Counted from the stretch's first letter, positions 21,019 to 33,500 are shown. The stretch is DNA of 64,000 nucleotides from an uncultured Methanosarcinaceae archaeon (GCA_963847185.1 CAWJYV010000010.1:192001-256000), one strand, 5' to 3'. Notes: generated by a model not told the origin, from the letters alone. Made by a program: numbers and translations.

Positions 21019-21358
21019 AGGATCTACTGTGGAAAACTTTTTGCATTTTCCTCATTCAAAGTAAGCCGGAAACATAGCCATTTTCTCAGAGCACGTTTTA
21101 ATAACAAATTTGTCTCTTTGAGTGTGTCACATACTATGATACTCTATAACATTTTACCAGTTTTTCCATTGGCAGCCAGTCTAATGGACATAAAAATACC
21201 ATTCATTATTTTTTTCCATTATCTTATTTCGTCTTCCAAGCTCCTTTTTTGGCTTTGTGAGTGGTATTTTATGGTTATGTTTTCTTCTATAATTCATCAG
21301 AGATCTTTGAGGAAAAATGTCATTTCCATGTGAAAGTCCGAGCTCAGTTGTAGATCCA
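21019..21358 (-). mobile_element. Degraded IS5-family transposase N-terminal remnant
   Basis: Minus strand gives ..SDEL..IMNGIF..TGCQWK with stops and shifts; GGATCTAC/GTAGATCC at the ends. Confidence 0.5.
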
Positions 21359-21429
21359 CACTTGAGACGCAGGTACTGTAGGCAGGTGTTTTATGATACT
21401 TCAGTTAAGGCAAAGAGAGATTGTAAAAG

Positions 21430-21563
21430 AACAGATTCTCGGCTAAATAGATGCAGAAGACTGCTTGTACGATGGGAAAAGAAAATAGAGAATTACCCTC
21501 TACACTTCATTTAGCACATGCATGGATAAAACTAAAAGTAGCGGGACTTTTCGGATAAGCTCT
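21430..21563 (+). mobile_element. IS5-family C-terminal remnant with right IR
   Basis: LNRCRRLLVRWEKKIENY; ends TTTTCGGATAAGCTCT. Confidence 0.65.
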
Positions 21564-21926
21564 TAGTGTGCAAAACCAAATAAGATAATTAGCATCCAAA
21601 CAGATAATGGCAGGAAAAAACTTAGAAGTACTACTAACGGATTTTCTCATACTTATATTATGCACAATCATACCCCTATAATGAGATACATCTCGTAAAT
21701 TACAGTGACCGAGATGATATAGGGAATTGGTAAAAATACCAGTGCAGCACTTGCATACAACGCAAATCTTACAGTGCCTTCGTAAATTCCTATTCCTCCA
21801 AGTGCCCTATAAAGAATATTGGCTATTAGAGCTAGGATTAAGAGAGAAACGAATATTACAAAAAGTATTACTCCCACAAGAACAGAAATAAAGCCTGATT
21901 CGGAAAGGCTGAATTTCGAATTGTAT

Positions 21927-23519
21927 CCTTAGTTTGACATTAATATAAAAATAAGTACTCTTATTTTCGTTAATGGTTTGATGAATATACTAACAAAAAT
22001 AAGAGCATTTCCTACAATACCTAACAAGAATATATGTGTTCCTATTGGATCGATGCTTACTGTTCAATACTTTTATGAAAAACTTAATTTTTTTGACATT
22101 TTTAGCAAACACAAAAGTAGAGGTTTAGATCTTAATAGTTTAATAATCGGCTTGGTAAGCTATAAGCTCACCGAGAATTTCAGCATAAAAGAAGCTGGTA
22201 AATGGTTAAATCAGAAAGAAATTCTCGAGATTTTGAATCTCGAGAGTTTCCATGAAAAAGTGCTTTATAGAACTCTTGAGATCATAGGACGTAATAAGGA
22301 GAGAATTCTCTCGGAAATATTAGATAATCTTTTTTCTGTTTATGATTTTGAAGAGACAGACATAAACCTTGACTGGACTAGTATAACTCTTTACGGAACA
22401 AAATCTAATCTTGGAAAGCATGGATATAGCAGAGATTATAGACCTGATAAGCTGCAAATAACAGTTGGAATCAGTGAACTCAAAAAACCAATTAATATTC
22501 CTATTGGAATTACAGTAAATAGAGGAAACGTTCTTGATCTGCAACATTTTCCTGAGACTTATAGCCAGGTAAAAAATAAATTAAAAAAAGAATCTCTTAT
22601 TGTTTTTGATAAAGGCGCTAATACTGTTGACAACATTAAGCTAATACAGGAAGATGAGATGACGTATCTTACTTCCATGAAACTGAATTCAAGCGATGAT
22701 AAAATCATTGAGAATTTTGATTTAAAATTAGCGCAGTTAATAGATCCCGAAAAAAGTATTTATGGGATAAAAATCGTTAAGCCAAATAGCATCAAGTATT
22801 TCTATTTCTCAAAATCATTACAAGAGAAGCAACTGGAAGCTAAAGCAAGAACTATTCTTAAAAAGTTAAAGGAAGCAAAAGAGATACAGGAAATAATAGC
22901 AAAAAACAAAAAGCTTCCTAAAAAATTCAGAATCAATAATGAGTTAATTGAAATTGATTACTCTTTTAAGACTAAGCTCGAAGAGCTTAGTGAGGAAGAA
23001 GCAATAGAACTCTTGAAAAGTTCCATAATTAATGGAAGAGAAGGATTTTTCTGCCTTAAATCAAACAAGAATTTGACACTTGAAAAGGCTTTGGAGATAT
23101 ATCGAGAAAAGGATTCTATTGAGAAAATATTTAACTCATTGAAAAACGAAATACAGATTAAGCCGTTAAGAGTTTGGTCAGATAATAGTATTTATGGGGC
23201 TCTTCTATTGGGATTTATTGCTCAATTATTCATATCGCTGATGCGATATGAATTTGAGGAAATCAAGCACAAATCCACAAAATTCATCAAAAAAAGCTTG
23301 AAGAATTTGACACTTACAATAAAGTTCGTGAAAAATGGAGTCAGAAATTATATTTTTGCTAATTTTGACAAGATCAATAGCTTAATTGTAACAAAAATGG
23401 GCACTATTCCATAGAATTTATTATAAAATTAAATGGATTCATAGCCTCCTGTCAAAACAGTTCGAGCTAAAAATAAGATAGATTTTCAATATCAATTAGT
23501 GAATACTGTCAAATTAGGG
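21927..23519 (+). mobile_element. IS1634-family insertion sequence (1593 bp)
   Basis: IRs CCTTAGTTTGACA / TGTCAAATTAGGG (11/13); 6-bp target duplication TTGTAT at 21921-21926 and 23520-23525. Confidence 0.92.
21978..23414 (+). CDS. IS1634-family DDE transposase
   Basis: LDWTS, GYSRD.RPD..Q, VFDKG, YREKDSIEKIF.SLK motifs. Confidence 0.92.
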   Translation: MMNILTKIRAFPTIPNKNICVPIGSMLTVQYFYEKLNFFDIFSKHKSRGLDLNSLIIGLVSYKLTENFSIKEAGKWLNQKEILEILNLESFHEKVLYRTLEIIGRNKERILSEILDNLFSVYDFEETDINLDWTSITLYGTKSNLGKHGYSRDYRPDKLQITVGISELKKPINIPIGITVNRGNVLDLQHFPETYSQVKNKLKKESLIVFDKGANTVDNIKLIQEDEMTYLTSMKLNSSDDKIIENFDLKLAQLIDPEKSIYGIKIVKPNSIKYFYFSKSLQEKQLEAKARTILKKLKEAKEIQEIIAKNKKLPKKFRINNELIEIDYSFKTKLEELSEEEAIELLKSSIINGREGFFCLKSNKNLTLEKALEIYREKDSIEKIFNSLKNEIQIKPLRVWSDNSIYGALLLGFIAQLFISLMRYEFEEIKHKSTKFIKKSLKNLTLTIKFVKNGVRNYIFANFDKINSLIVTKMGTIP

Positions 23520-24473
23520 TTGTATACTGTTAACACACTGAAGAAGACAATTAGAGATAAAAGCCAGGATATGAATAGTTGATTGCTGCAAAAGTTAGTG
23601 GATCAGCGTATCCTCCAGCAGTTGGCATTTTCATGAAAAATTTATCTGGTTTCAGTATAACCTTTTTCCAGGTTTTGATGTAATCCATAACAATCATACT
23701 CTAAAATATGTAAAAGTTCAATATATAGCCATCACAGAAGTACACCAAGTTCCACCAGTGTACGATTGGATACAGAGTTTTGGATGTGCTGACAGAGGTT
23801 CTGTTTTTCTGTTTCATTGATGCATAGGTTTCTGGTAAAACCTGGGCATTCCACAACCTCCTGCTGGTACATAAATGGGGAGCAAGTCAATTTTTTTAAT
23901 TTTGCTCAAAGTTCGTCTTTTTGTTCTAAAGTTCACCTTGATCCTTTCAAATTAATAGAGATTCATTGTTTCAGCGGATTTCTACAGAGGCACATTTTGA
24001 TATATTTATATTAATTTACTCATACAAAACCGCGTAGAGCCGTAACATTAGTGATGTTTCCAAATACTTTGGCTGATGAGAAAAATGAATTGTTCAGAGA
24101 AAAGAACTCTGAAGTGAGTTCTATTGATATTTGCCTGAAGTTGTATGATAAGCTTCTTCTGAGGACAAACGATCTGCACGATGTAAAAATGCTTCACTTC
24201 GAGAAGCTCTCTTTCTTTAGGATCCGATAGACGCTGTACATAAACCAATGGTGTTGATACAAACTCTTACATTTTAGTAGACAAAAAAAGAAGAACGGGA
24301 CTCTTGTTATTATCTAGGGATAAGATGAAGCTGAAACTATATAGAGTTTAGACCTGCAGTGTTTGAATAAATTTCTCAGAACATATCAAAAGCTCCTCGA
24401 AACAAAAGCATTAAATCTAAAGTTGAGTATTTTGAGAGTTAAGTTCGCAAACACCACATGAGATGAAATCCTT

Positions 24474-26102
24474 ATGCCAGTAATCACCTTGCAGTACGAT
24501 GACCTCGAAAAGCTCACAGGAACGGACAAAGAGACTATCATAAAAAGGGTGCCCATGATAGGAGCCGATATCGAAAGAGTTGAAGACGAATACATCGACA
24601 TCGAGTTTTTCCCTGACAGGCCTGACCTTTACAGCGTAGAAGGGGCAGCCAGGGCAATGCGGGGTTTTCTGGACCTTGAGACAGGGCTTTCCGAATATGA
24701 AGTGAAGCCTTACAGGCTTTCGATCTCTATAAGTGAAGATATTCTGAAAATCAGGCCTTTCCTTGGGTGTGCGGTTGTAAGGGGAGTGAAATTCACGTCT
24801 TCTTCCATAAAATCCCTTATGGATCTTCAGGAAGACCTGCACTGGGGCCTGGGGAGAAACAGGAAAAAAGTTTCCATAGGAGTACACGATCTCTCAAGAG
24901 TTAAGGCTCCTTTCAGGTATATGGCAGTTGACCCGAGTTTTGAGTTCGTGCCTCTGGATTACACTGAAAAAATGAGCATGACTGAAATTCTGGAAAAACA
25001 CCCCAAAGGCACAAGGTTTGCCCACTTAGTCAAAGACTTTGAAAAATATCCGATTATTCTGGATGCAGACAATAATGTGCTGTCCTTCCCGCCCATAATT
25101 AACGGTACACTTACAAGTGTGACAGAAGATACAACTGACCTCTTTATAGATGTAACAGGCCTGGGAGAAGCAGTATACACTGCCCTGAACATAGTTGTCA
25201 CAGCTTTAGCCGAACGCGGAGGACAGATCGAATTTGTAAGGGTTGTAAGGGCAGACGGCGAAGAACTTGTCCTGCCTGACCTGGCTCCAGAAGAAAGACT
25301 TCTTACAAAAGCCGAAGTAAAATCTCTGCTCGGCATGGAGCTTTCCATAGAAGAAATCGTCAAGCAGCTTGAAAGAATGCGCTTTGGAGCAGAAGCTCTT
25401 GATGAAGAAACCGTAGAGGTAAAGGTACCTGCCTACAGGGCTGATATCCTGCACAATTACGACCTGGTAGAAGATATTGCCAAAGGTTACGGCTATGAAA
25501 ATATCAAAGTAAGAGTTCCTGAAACCTATACTGCAGGAAAATCTCATCCAATTTCTCTCCTGCGTTCTTCGGTTAACGAAATTATGGTCGGACTGGGCTA
25601 CTATGAGGTAATGCCCTTTACGCTTACAAGCGAAAAGGTCAACTTTGAAAATATGCGCAGGCAGAAAACTGAGGATGTCACTCATGTGCTTCACCCTATA
25701 AGTGAAGACCAGACAATACTCAGAACAACGCTGCTCCCGAATCTTCTCGAAATCCTGGCCTTAAACCAGCACAGAGAACTTCCCCAGAAGATCTTTGAGT
25801 TCGGAGAGGTTGTTGTCAACGAAATGACAGGACAGCACGTAGCTGCAGTCTCAATTCATCCTCAGGCAAACTTCACTGAGATCTATGAAATTGTAGATGC
25901 CCTCATGAGAGAAATGATGCTTCCCTATGAAGTAAAAGAGTCTGATGACCCGGCTTTTCTGGAAGGCAGGCGGGCAGATATCTATATCAGAGGCAAAAAA
26001 ATCGGAGTCTTTGGAGAATTCCACCCCGAAGTTATAAACAACTTTACCTTGGGATATGCAGTTGTTGGGTTTGAACTTGACTTAAACGACCTTATTTGCT
26101 AA
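24474..26102 (+). CDS. pheT: Phenylalanine--tRNA ligase beta subunit
   Basis: [46 protein letters not shown]. Confidence 0.97.
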   Translation: MPVITLQYDDLEKLTGTDKETIIKRVPMIGADIERVEDEYIDIEFFPDRPDLYSVEGAARAMRGFLDLETGLSEYEVKPYRLSISISEDILKIRPFLGCAVVRGVKFTSSSIKSLMDLQEDLHWGLGRNRKKVSIGVHDLSRVKAPFRYMAVDPSFEFVPLDYTEKMSMTEILEKHPKGTRFAHLVKDFEKYPIILDADNNVLSFPPIINGTLTSVTEDTTDLFIDVTGLGEAVYTALNIVVTALAERGGQIEFVRVVRADGEELVLPDLAPEERLLTKAEVKSLLGMELSIEEIVKQLERMRFGAEALDEETVEVKVPAYRADILHNYDLVEDIAKGYGYENIKVRVPETYTAGKSHPISLLRSSVNEIMVGLGYYEVMPFTLTSEKVNFENMRRQKTEDVTHVLHPISEDQTILRTTLLPNLLEILALNQHRELPQKIFEFGEVVVNEMTGQHVAAVSIHPQANFTEIYEIVDALMREMMLPYEVKESDDPAFLEGRRADIYIRGKKIGVFGEFHPEVINNFTLGYAVVGFELDLNDLIC

Positions 26103-26326
26103 AAAATATAGGGTAAAAGGAAGAAGAAAGAGAAATCTCTTTTATCAAAATTTCTTTCCTTTAATTACCCTCACCAGTTTCTTCCTTCAATTATTCTCTC
26201 TAGGACTTACGAGTAATGAAAAAGAAGAATGAATGAGATATATTGAAAAATCAGCACATTAAGGTATTGAAAATCTTCTTTCGAGTCTTCTATCTCATTC
26301 TATCATGCATTCAAATCTGTCAAAGG

Positions 26327-27229
26327 TTACTCAGTATTGTTATCCTGTATTTTTACAGGATGACACATTGGACAGGTACATCCTTCCCATTCTCCGTTCT
26401 GTATCGGACATGCAACATCTATTCCAATTATTTCCTGAGAAGAAGGCATGATTTTTTTGAGATCTGCAAGGGATTTTGCTCCGTTTATTTTTTCTCTTTG
26501 AGCAGTAAGTTCTGAGATTCTATCGTTAAGCTGTGTAATATTATCAGTGAGTTCATAGGTTGTACTCTCTATGTAACTTACATTATATTCAATGCTTTCA
26601 ATTTCCTTTTCGAGAGAGTTATCAGCCTGTGTTTTCATATAGGTTAATATAATTTCTTGCAGTTCTGCTGCATTAGAAGTTGTACTTACAGTAGTGGATA
26701 AGTACTCAAGGTTAACGATCCTTTCCCCAAGCTCTTTAACCCTTTCAGTTTCTCCTTCTTTTATAAGATTGATTTGCTCCGCTTTGAGCACGTCAGTTAT
26801 GTTTTCAAGAGAAATAATTATTTTTGGCTGAATCTCAGTGTAATTGTAATCAGTTACGTTTTCAACCTGATAGAGGTCAAATCCAGGTATTCCACAAGGT
26901 TCGTTGCATATTCCGCAAGGTTGCTTGTTAATTCCAGTTGATTCGTATCCATTTGCCGGCATGTGACGTGACAAAACTTCCTGGAGTTCAGATGAATTGG
27001 ACGCTTCACTTACACTATTATAAAAAGTTTGAAGTTCAGTAATCTGTTCACTTATAGAATAAAGTATATTTGCCTGAACATCAGTGAAATTCTCCTCGGT
27101 TACATTTTGTACAGGGGTAAAAGTGGTGTTATTTATTGAAGCAAAAGCTCCTGAGGGAACGATGCATAATACCATTAGCAACACCGCAAAACGGGAAATT
27201 GAGCTTAAAGATTTAGCGTTTGTTTTCAT
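26327..27229 (-). CDS. Secreted hypothetical protein with internal helical repeats
   Basis: Signal peptide; repeated V.NVT..N.T..Q and S.AS N..ELQE segments. Confidence 0.75.
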   Translation of the reverse strand: MKTNAKSLSSISRFAVLLMVLCIVPSGAFASINNTTFTPVQNVTEENFTDVQANILYSISEQITELQTFYNSVSEASNSSELQEVLSRHMPANGYESTGINKQPCGICNEPCGIPGFDLYQVENVTDYNYTEIQPKIIISLENITDVLKAEQINLIKEGETERVKELGERIVNLEYLSTTVSTTSNAAELQEIILTYMKTQADNSLEKEIESIEYNVSYIESTTYELTDNITQLNDRISELTAQREKINGAKSLADLKKIMPSSQEIIGIDVACPIQNGEWEGCTCPMCHPVKIQDNNTE

Positions 27230-27623
27230 TGATACACTTCCGTTACTGATCTTTATTTTCTTCTTTTTTAGGCTGTTAATAACTGACAGTCAGGAAATAA
27301 GAAAACTAAAATATAACATACATACATAAATAAGAAAGTTGTGTTTTACTTACGAAAAAAAGCTTTATTTAATCTTTAAAAATAATCAACTAGTATTTGA
27401 AAAAGTTATAGTAAGAAATAAGAGAAAAAAACAAAAAACTTGTAAATACATTTTTTCTTCCTTACCTGATTTTTTAGATTAAATTAAAAGAGCTGGTATA
27501 ATCAAGATCTTTCAAAGACTATTGAAATAATGTTAGTTTAATGAGATAAATATTTATAGAAAGTATAACTAGTATATATTGAACTACAATTAACAGAAAT
27601 TACAAGAGGTACAAGAAAATAAT

Positions 27624-28031
27624 ATGAAAATTCGAGTAGTCAGTTCCAGAGAAGAAATATTTACATTAAATCCTAATGAACGTATCATTCACCTAGCCTT
27701 CAGGCCTTCAAATAAGGACATTTTCGGACTTGTTGAGACCTGTCCGAAGGTTGAGGTAATCCAGTTACCAAAATCTTACATGGCTACGATTTCAAAATCA
27801 ATAGAAATGTTCCTTGAGATGCAGAGAATTCAGCTGCTTGAAGGAGATGTATGGGGCCACAGAAAAGATATAAACGAATATTACATCATCCCGTCTTCAG
27901 TGATTGAAAAAATAAAAGAAATGAAAATAGAGGGCAAACCCACTGAGGAAATTGAGGCAAAGGTTTCAAGGGAGAGAAAACTTAACCCTGGGATGGTCGC
28001 TTATATCATGACAAAGGAAGCTACAGCCTGA
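27624..28031 (+). CDS. DUF1699 family protein
   Basis: MKIRVVSSREEI..HLAFRPSN..EGDVWGHRKD, typical Methanosarcina paralog family. Confidence 0.9.
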   Translation: MKIRVVSSREEIFTLNPNERIIHLAFRPSNKDIFGLVETCPKVEVIQLPKSYMATISKSIEMFLEMQRIQLLEGDVWGHRKDINEYYIIPSSVIEKIKEMKIEGKPTEEIEAKVSRERKLNPGMVAYIMTKEATA

Positions 28032-28513
28032 AATCAGGCAGTATAGGCAGTATAGTATGTCACTGAGCGATTTGCTGAAGATTAGACCATAGGAAGGTAT
28101 TACTTCTTTCATGATCTGATCTTCAGTTAAATTCTATTTTGTTTTCTTCTATCAAGGATGTCACGAACAAACCAGCTTTCTCGTAAATAATTCCAAGCCC
28201 ATAAGTGCTCATGCTTTTCTTTTCAAGTGCTTGTTTTTTCTTTATTCTCAGTCTGTTAAGCAAAGGACACTTAAACTTCTGGCGTATGCATGTATTTTTC
28301 CTCCAAATTGGAGTAATGTGTAAGAATTTATTTCAAAAGCTGTCTGATTAATTTTAGATTTAAACTGTGAGGTGAAGTAGAATTAAGAAAATCTCCGTAA
28401 GCTGATTCAAAAAACCAAAATTAATTCTCTAATTGTCAAATTGTGGATCATCAAAGATCTTTGGCTATAAAAATAGTTCCAAAACACCTTGAGGTAGGAA
28501 TAAAACTTTTTTT

Positions 28514-29253
28514 GGCATTGGTATCTAAATACTGATATATATTATGAGAACTTATGTCTCTTGATGAACTGCCCAAGATGTAAGAGTCTCGATCACATAA
28601 AGAATGGTAAAGTTGATGGCCGTCAACGCTACAAATGCTCTGATTGTGGATATAATTATTCAGTAGAGCTAAAATCAACTGCTAGCTCCCCTTCTGTTAA
28701 GAGACAGGCTTTACAACTCTATCTTGAAGGATTAGGATTTCGGTCAATAGGGCGTTTTTTGGGAGTAAGTCATGTTTCTATCCAAAAATGGATAAAGAAA
28801 TTTGGTCAGGAGTTAGAAGAACTAAAAAGCGAAAATGAGATCTCTATTGTTGAAATGGATGAGATGCACACTTACATCGGTAACAAAAAAAATATTGCTG
28901 GATCTGGATTGCTGTTGATAGAGTTGGGAAAAAGTTCATCAACTGCTCTTTTGGCAGCAGAGGGACAGAAACTGGACAAAATCTCTGGGAAAAGTTAAAG
29001 GAAAAAGAGATTGAAAAAGTGATGACTGATCACTGGAGGGCATATGCAGAGTTCGTTCCAGATAAAATTCATACTCAATCAAAAGCAGAAACGTATACTG
29101 TTGAAGGATATAACAGCATATTTAGACACTTTCTGGCAAGATTGAGAAGAAAGACAAAGTGTTATACTAAGAGTCTTGAAATGCTAAAGTATTCAGTTCT
29201 TCTCTTAATGAAATACAGAAATAATGAGTTAACTATATTTAGTTAACAATGCC
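28514..29253 (+). mobile_element. IS1-family insertion sequence (740 bp)
   Basis: IRs GGCATTGGTATCTAAATA / TATTTAGTTAACAATGCC (16/18). Confidence 0.9.
28564..29246 (+). CDS. IS1 transposase InsAB via -1 frameshift at A8 (28885-28892)
   Basis: CPRC..CSDC Zn finger and HTH; after the shift KYCWIWIAVDR..TDHW..VEGYNS..RHFLARLRRKT. Confidence 0.88.
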
Positions 29254-29260
29254 TTAAAAA

Positions 29261-29812
29261 TTACATAAACCTCTCAAATCTTTCCTTTTTCGCTTTACAG
29301 ATAGGGCAGACACCTGGAGGTTCATCCATGGCACAGAGATAGCCACAAACCTTACATCTCCATACTGGCTTTGAAAGTTCTCCTGAAAATTCCATAGTTT
29401 CCATCATCTCCGCTCTTTTCTTTTCTTCAGCGCTCTGAACTTCTCTTACTTCGTGAGGAGGACGCCTTTCAGGAATCGATTCGACTTCTCTTTCTCCTCG
29501 AAGAACTTCATCCGAAACATAAAGTGCACAGTAACAGGCTCCGTAGTCGTTCAGATCGGGATCTCTGTAGTAGCAGGGACAGACAATGTCCAGATCTTCT
29601 TCCAGGTTATTAGCAGAAAGCCTGCACGGACAGGACCAGTAGCCATAGCGTCTCTCATTAGCTAGCAGCCCACGTACGAGATCTTTTGTGAATTCAACGT
29701 CAGGATTAAGGTGATAGCCCGATTTTTCAACCTGGTCATTCAAACGCCTGTAAACCTTGTCTACTTCGTCTTCTGTTATGCCTTCTTCGACAGCTTCCTC
29801 TTCTTTTACCAC
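29261..29812 (-). CDS. Ferredoxin:disulfide reductase (FTR catalytic domain plus rubredoxin domain)
   Basis: CPC, CPC, CYC FTR motifs; [12 protein letters not shown]. Confidence 0.92.
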   Translation of the reverse strand: MVKEEEAVEEGITEDEVDKVYRRLNDQVEKSGYHLNPDVEFTKDLVRGLLANERRYGYWSCPCRLSANNLEEDLDIVCPCYYRDPDLNDYGACYCALYVSDEVLRGEREVESIPERRPPHEVREVQSAEEKKRAEMMETMEFSGELSKPVWRCKVCGYLCAMDEPPGVCPICKAKKERFERFM

Positions 29813-29824
29813 CCCAACTCCTCC

Positions 29825-30130
29825 TTATAAGCCAAGAGCTTCACGGATTTCCTTTTCTTTAAAACCCACAATTGCCTTTTCCCCGTTTATGACGGTTGTC
29901 GGAAAAGAAACTGAAGGGTTAAAGCGTTTTATATCCTCAACAGCCTGATCTTCTTCCTCTCCTTCAAGCTTGTCCACGAATACATAATCAAATTCAATAC
30001 CCAGCTCTGTAAGCAGTTTCTTTGTTTTCTTACACCATACGCAGGTGCTCAAACCATACATTAAGACTTTACCCCTATCCATTCCGGAAACGTGATTTCC
30101 TTTATCATTACTCTGATTAAACAGATCCAT
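29825..30130 (-). CDS. Glutaredoxin-like methanoredoxin
   Basis: CVWC active site, SFP cis-Pro motif, co-oriented with the disulfide reductase. Confidence 0.88.
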   Translation of the reverse strand: MDLFNQSNDKGNHVSGMDRGKVLMYGLSTCVWCKKTKKLLTELGIEFDYVFVDKLEGEEEDQAVEDIKRFNPSVSFPTTVINGEKAIVGFKEKEIREALGL

Positions 30131-30308
30131 GTCTAAACTCCCTGACCACTATTGAGTTCTGCAGTGTGCCTATGATTTTCGAAATAGTTTTATAGCTTTA
30201 TATTCAGTCTCTCGGCAGATTAAAGGAGCCACAAACTGCTCGTTCCTTAAGTGTTTATTGTTCCTTAAGTGTAATAAGAGAATGTGGAATTAAAGTATAT
30301 ATAATTTG

Positions 30309-30430
30309 GACATCCCTCCGTGGATGAATGAAAACCAGGAAAACAGCAAAAAATCAAATTCTTTGCGGCCATTCCACCCTGAATGTCGGGTTGTTCGTGA
30401 CCCTCTGCGCTCCCGGTATAATCAATTTTT
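30309..30430 (+). ncRNA. Candidate structured small RNA
   Basis: TATA-like AAAGTATATATAA just upstream; GACAT/ATGTC and GTGGA..ATG/CATTCCAC pairings; GGTTG-TTCG-TGACC hairpin; T-tract. Confidence 0.3.
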
Positions 30431-30561
30431 GAGCATGAATAAAGGAAAGATTAGTGTTTTTCACATTTCTCAGCTAATCTCAAAAGAGTAATCAAAAATG
30501 AGGATTTAATCTCGTAGTAGAGTTTAAACCCTCGTCATTTTTTGCACTAAAGCCTGATTAA

Positions 30562-33500
30562 TCAGCGCACTAACAAAGACCCCCTGGTAGACCAGCTAGA
30601 TCCGCTAAATATTGAGTATACACTTGCCTTTAAGCGCTGAGTTCCAGAAGCTTTTGCCGAAACTTTTACTTTAAGAGGAAGTGTAGTCTCCTCTCCAGCC
30701 CTCAAACTCAAAACTTTTTCAGTCCATGAGAATGAAGGGGATGTATAGGTTCCCCTTGAAGTCTTAAGCGTATCGCCTTCTACTTTGACTTTGAAAGTTT
30801 CGTCAATATTTTGATTATTCTTAATTTTAATTCCTACAGATGCCGTAGTTCCTTTCTTTACAGATTTCGATGCTGGATTCATACTAACGTATGTCTTTCC
30901 TTTAAGCCTGAGAACATGACAGGGAAAGGAACTTTTTATCTTGTTGCCAGCTGCATCCAGAGTAACTACTGGAATAGCGTAGTTCCCGACTTTCGATGGA
31001 GCCTTTATCTGCCCTTCCCATAATTCTCTGCTTTTGTTTTTTGTAAGTGATATGCCGTTTACAGTCACATTTACAACTCCGATATTGTCAGTTGCATTAA
31101 TTGTGACATTAATAATAGAACCAGGCGTCATATTGACAGGATATGAACTAACTGAATTAATTTTCGGTAGTTCAGTATCCTTTGTGGGTGCAGTGTAACT
31201 TGTAGAGTTATTCCACGCAGGATTTCCAGCAGTATCCTTGACCAGGACATTAACTGAATGAGTTCCAGAAATTGCTGTTATTGTCCCTTCCCAAATAGCT
31301 CCACTCAGATGTTTCAGTAAAGATCCGGAAGCTTCAACTGAACTTACTGCAACGTTATCAGTAGCATTAACACTCACCTTTATTTTGTCTCCAGTATTCG
31401 GAGTGGTATCATTCAGGATAATCGAGTTTATTACAGGCTTTTGAGTGTCAGGAGTAGTTGCGGTATAACCTGTAGAGTTATTCCACGCAAGATTTCCAGC
31501 AGCGTCTCTAGCTGAAACATTTACTGAATGAGTCCCGGAAATTGCTGTTTTTGTCCCTTCCCAGATATCTCCGCTTAAATGAGTTAATGGAGAACCGGAA
31601 GCTTCAACAGAACTCACTGCAACGTTATCAGTAGCATTTACACTCACCTTTATTTTGTCTCCAGTATTCGGAGTAGTATCATTCAGGCTAACCGAGTTTA
31701 TTACAGGCTTTTGAGTGTCATTAGTGGTTGCAGCATAACTAGTAGTGGTTGCAGTATAACTTGTAGAGTTATTCCATGCAAGATTTCCTGCATTGTCTCT
31801 GGCTGAAACATTTACTGAATGTTTTCCAGAACTTGCTTTTATTGTTCCTTCCCAGATATCTCCACTCAAATGAGTTAATGGAGAACCGGAAGCTTCAACA
31901 GAACTTACTGCAACGTTATCAGTAGCATTAACACTCACCCTAATAAGGCTACCAGTGTTCGGAGTAGTATTGTTCAGGCTAACCGAGTTTATTACAGGCT
32001 TCTGAGTGTCAGGGGTAGAGGTGTATGCTTTTATACAGAAATTTGAGGCTGGGTAATAGCCTGTCAAATCTGCCCAGGCTGTACCATCGGGACTGAGATA
32101 ACTTTCTCCTGGATTAGCTCTTGCTTTGCTCGAATAACCAGTGATATTGTACTCAGCAGGGAACTTTATATAGGACTCAGAGCTGGAACTAATATTCATG
32201 ACAATCGAGAAATTTTGGCCTGCTTTTAGAGGAACTTTCTGTTCAAGCTCAATTGTATGATAACCTGGCAATCCAAAGCTACCTGAGGTATTGAATATCG
32301 GAGTACCCTCAACTGAAGGGAGGGAGGGATCGCTGTATACATAAACTTTATAGTTGACATCCGGCATTGGTGTGTAAAAACCTATAGCTTTAAGTTCCTC
32401 ATTTGATTTAGCCTTAAAGACATTAGCAGCCCATGAATATGTTAAATTCTTATATCCCACACTGCTCGTCCATCCCAGTGGGTCATATTGATAACTATTC
32501 TCGTAATTTTTTGGGTTTTTGGCTGTGTACACGGCTAAGATAGGAAATTTACTGTCTTTCGTACCAAGGTTCGCATCATAATAAGAAATATAAAAGTATC
32601 CGGACCCGTTAATTCCATTACCTGTACCCCAGCTATTTTTACAGATAAAAGCTCCATCTCCTGGAGGGGTAGAATTGAACTCGTTCCTGCTAAAGTTATC
32701 ATTCCAGCCGACGATACATATCGAATGACCGTTAGCATCACTCGAAGAAAGTACCGGGTTATAATAAGTTACCCACTTGTAGCCGTCTTTTGAGCCAAAA
32801 CAATTCCAGTCCACAACGGTAGATCCATAGACTCCTCCTTTTTCCTTAACCATCTTTTTGATCAAATCGTTATCAGTGAAGTTATTCCGTGGCGGTAAGA
32901 TAACTACTTCCTGAACGTGTTTTTGCACTGATTTGTTGGTGGGGGACACTCCAGAGGAAGGATTATAAGGATCGTCAGATTCGATTACAGGTCCGTTCCA
33001 TCTTGTCAGGTATGCAGCTGATTGCCATGTGTTTCCTCCAGCATCGTGAGCTCTGTCAAATCCTTCCGGATAATCTTCGGAAAGGAGATTTTTCATATTA
33101 TTTTCCGAGAAGTCCCATTGGAGCGAATCAACCGGGGTTAAATATGATTCAAGTGAAGCAAGTGTGGCAAATGCCCAGCAAGCACCTGCAGAGCCCTGAT
33201 CTTTCACAGGAGTTACCTGTCCTTCATCAACAAGGCTAAAGTATGATTCTGATGGATACTGTCCGGTTGACTCAGCACCCGAAGATTTTGCTGGATACTG
33301 TCCGGTTGACTCGGTACCCGAAGATTCTGCTGAATATTGTCCGGCTGACCCAATACTTGGAGTTGAAAAAGAATTTGGACCGGACTCCGGTTCTGGATTA
33401 TAACTATAATAACTATAGTTTTCAGGCCAGTAAACAGAATTGGGGGAAGGAATTATTCCTAAAGTCCTTAGATTTCCATCGGCATCGTAATGATGAGACT

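Larger units (their letters stand above)
21564..23688 (-). pseudogene. YIP1-family membrane protein pseudogene split by IS1634
   Basis: 5' part MDYIKTWKKVILKPDKFFMKMPTAGGYADPLTFAA (from 23688); 3' part LYRALGGIGIYEGTVRF..YASA (21668-21877); extra frameshifts. Confidence 0.75.

Noticed and set aside
23845-23870. Similarity of the minus strand (CCAGCAGGAGGTTGTGGAA) to the loop of the 50065 array
   Set aside because: Short gapped match without the flanking stem; explained equally well as an SD before an 11-codon ORF, so chance cannot be excluded
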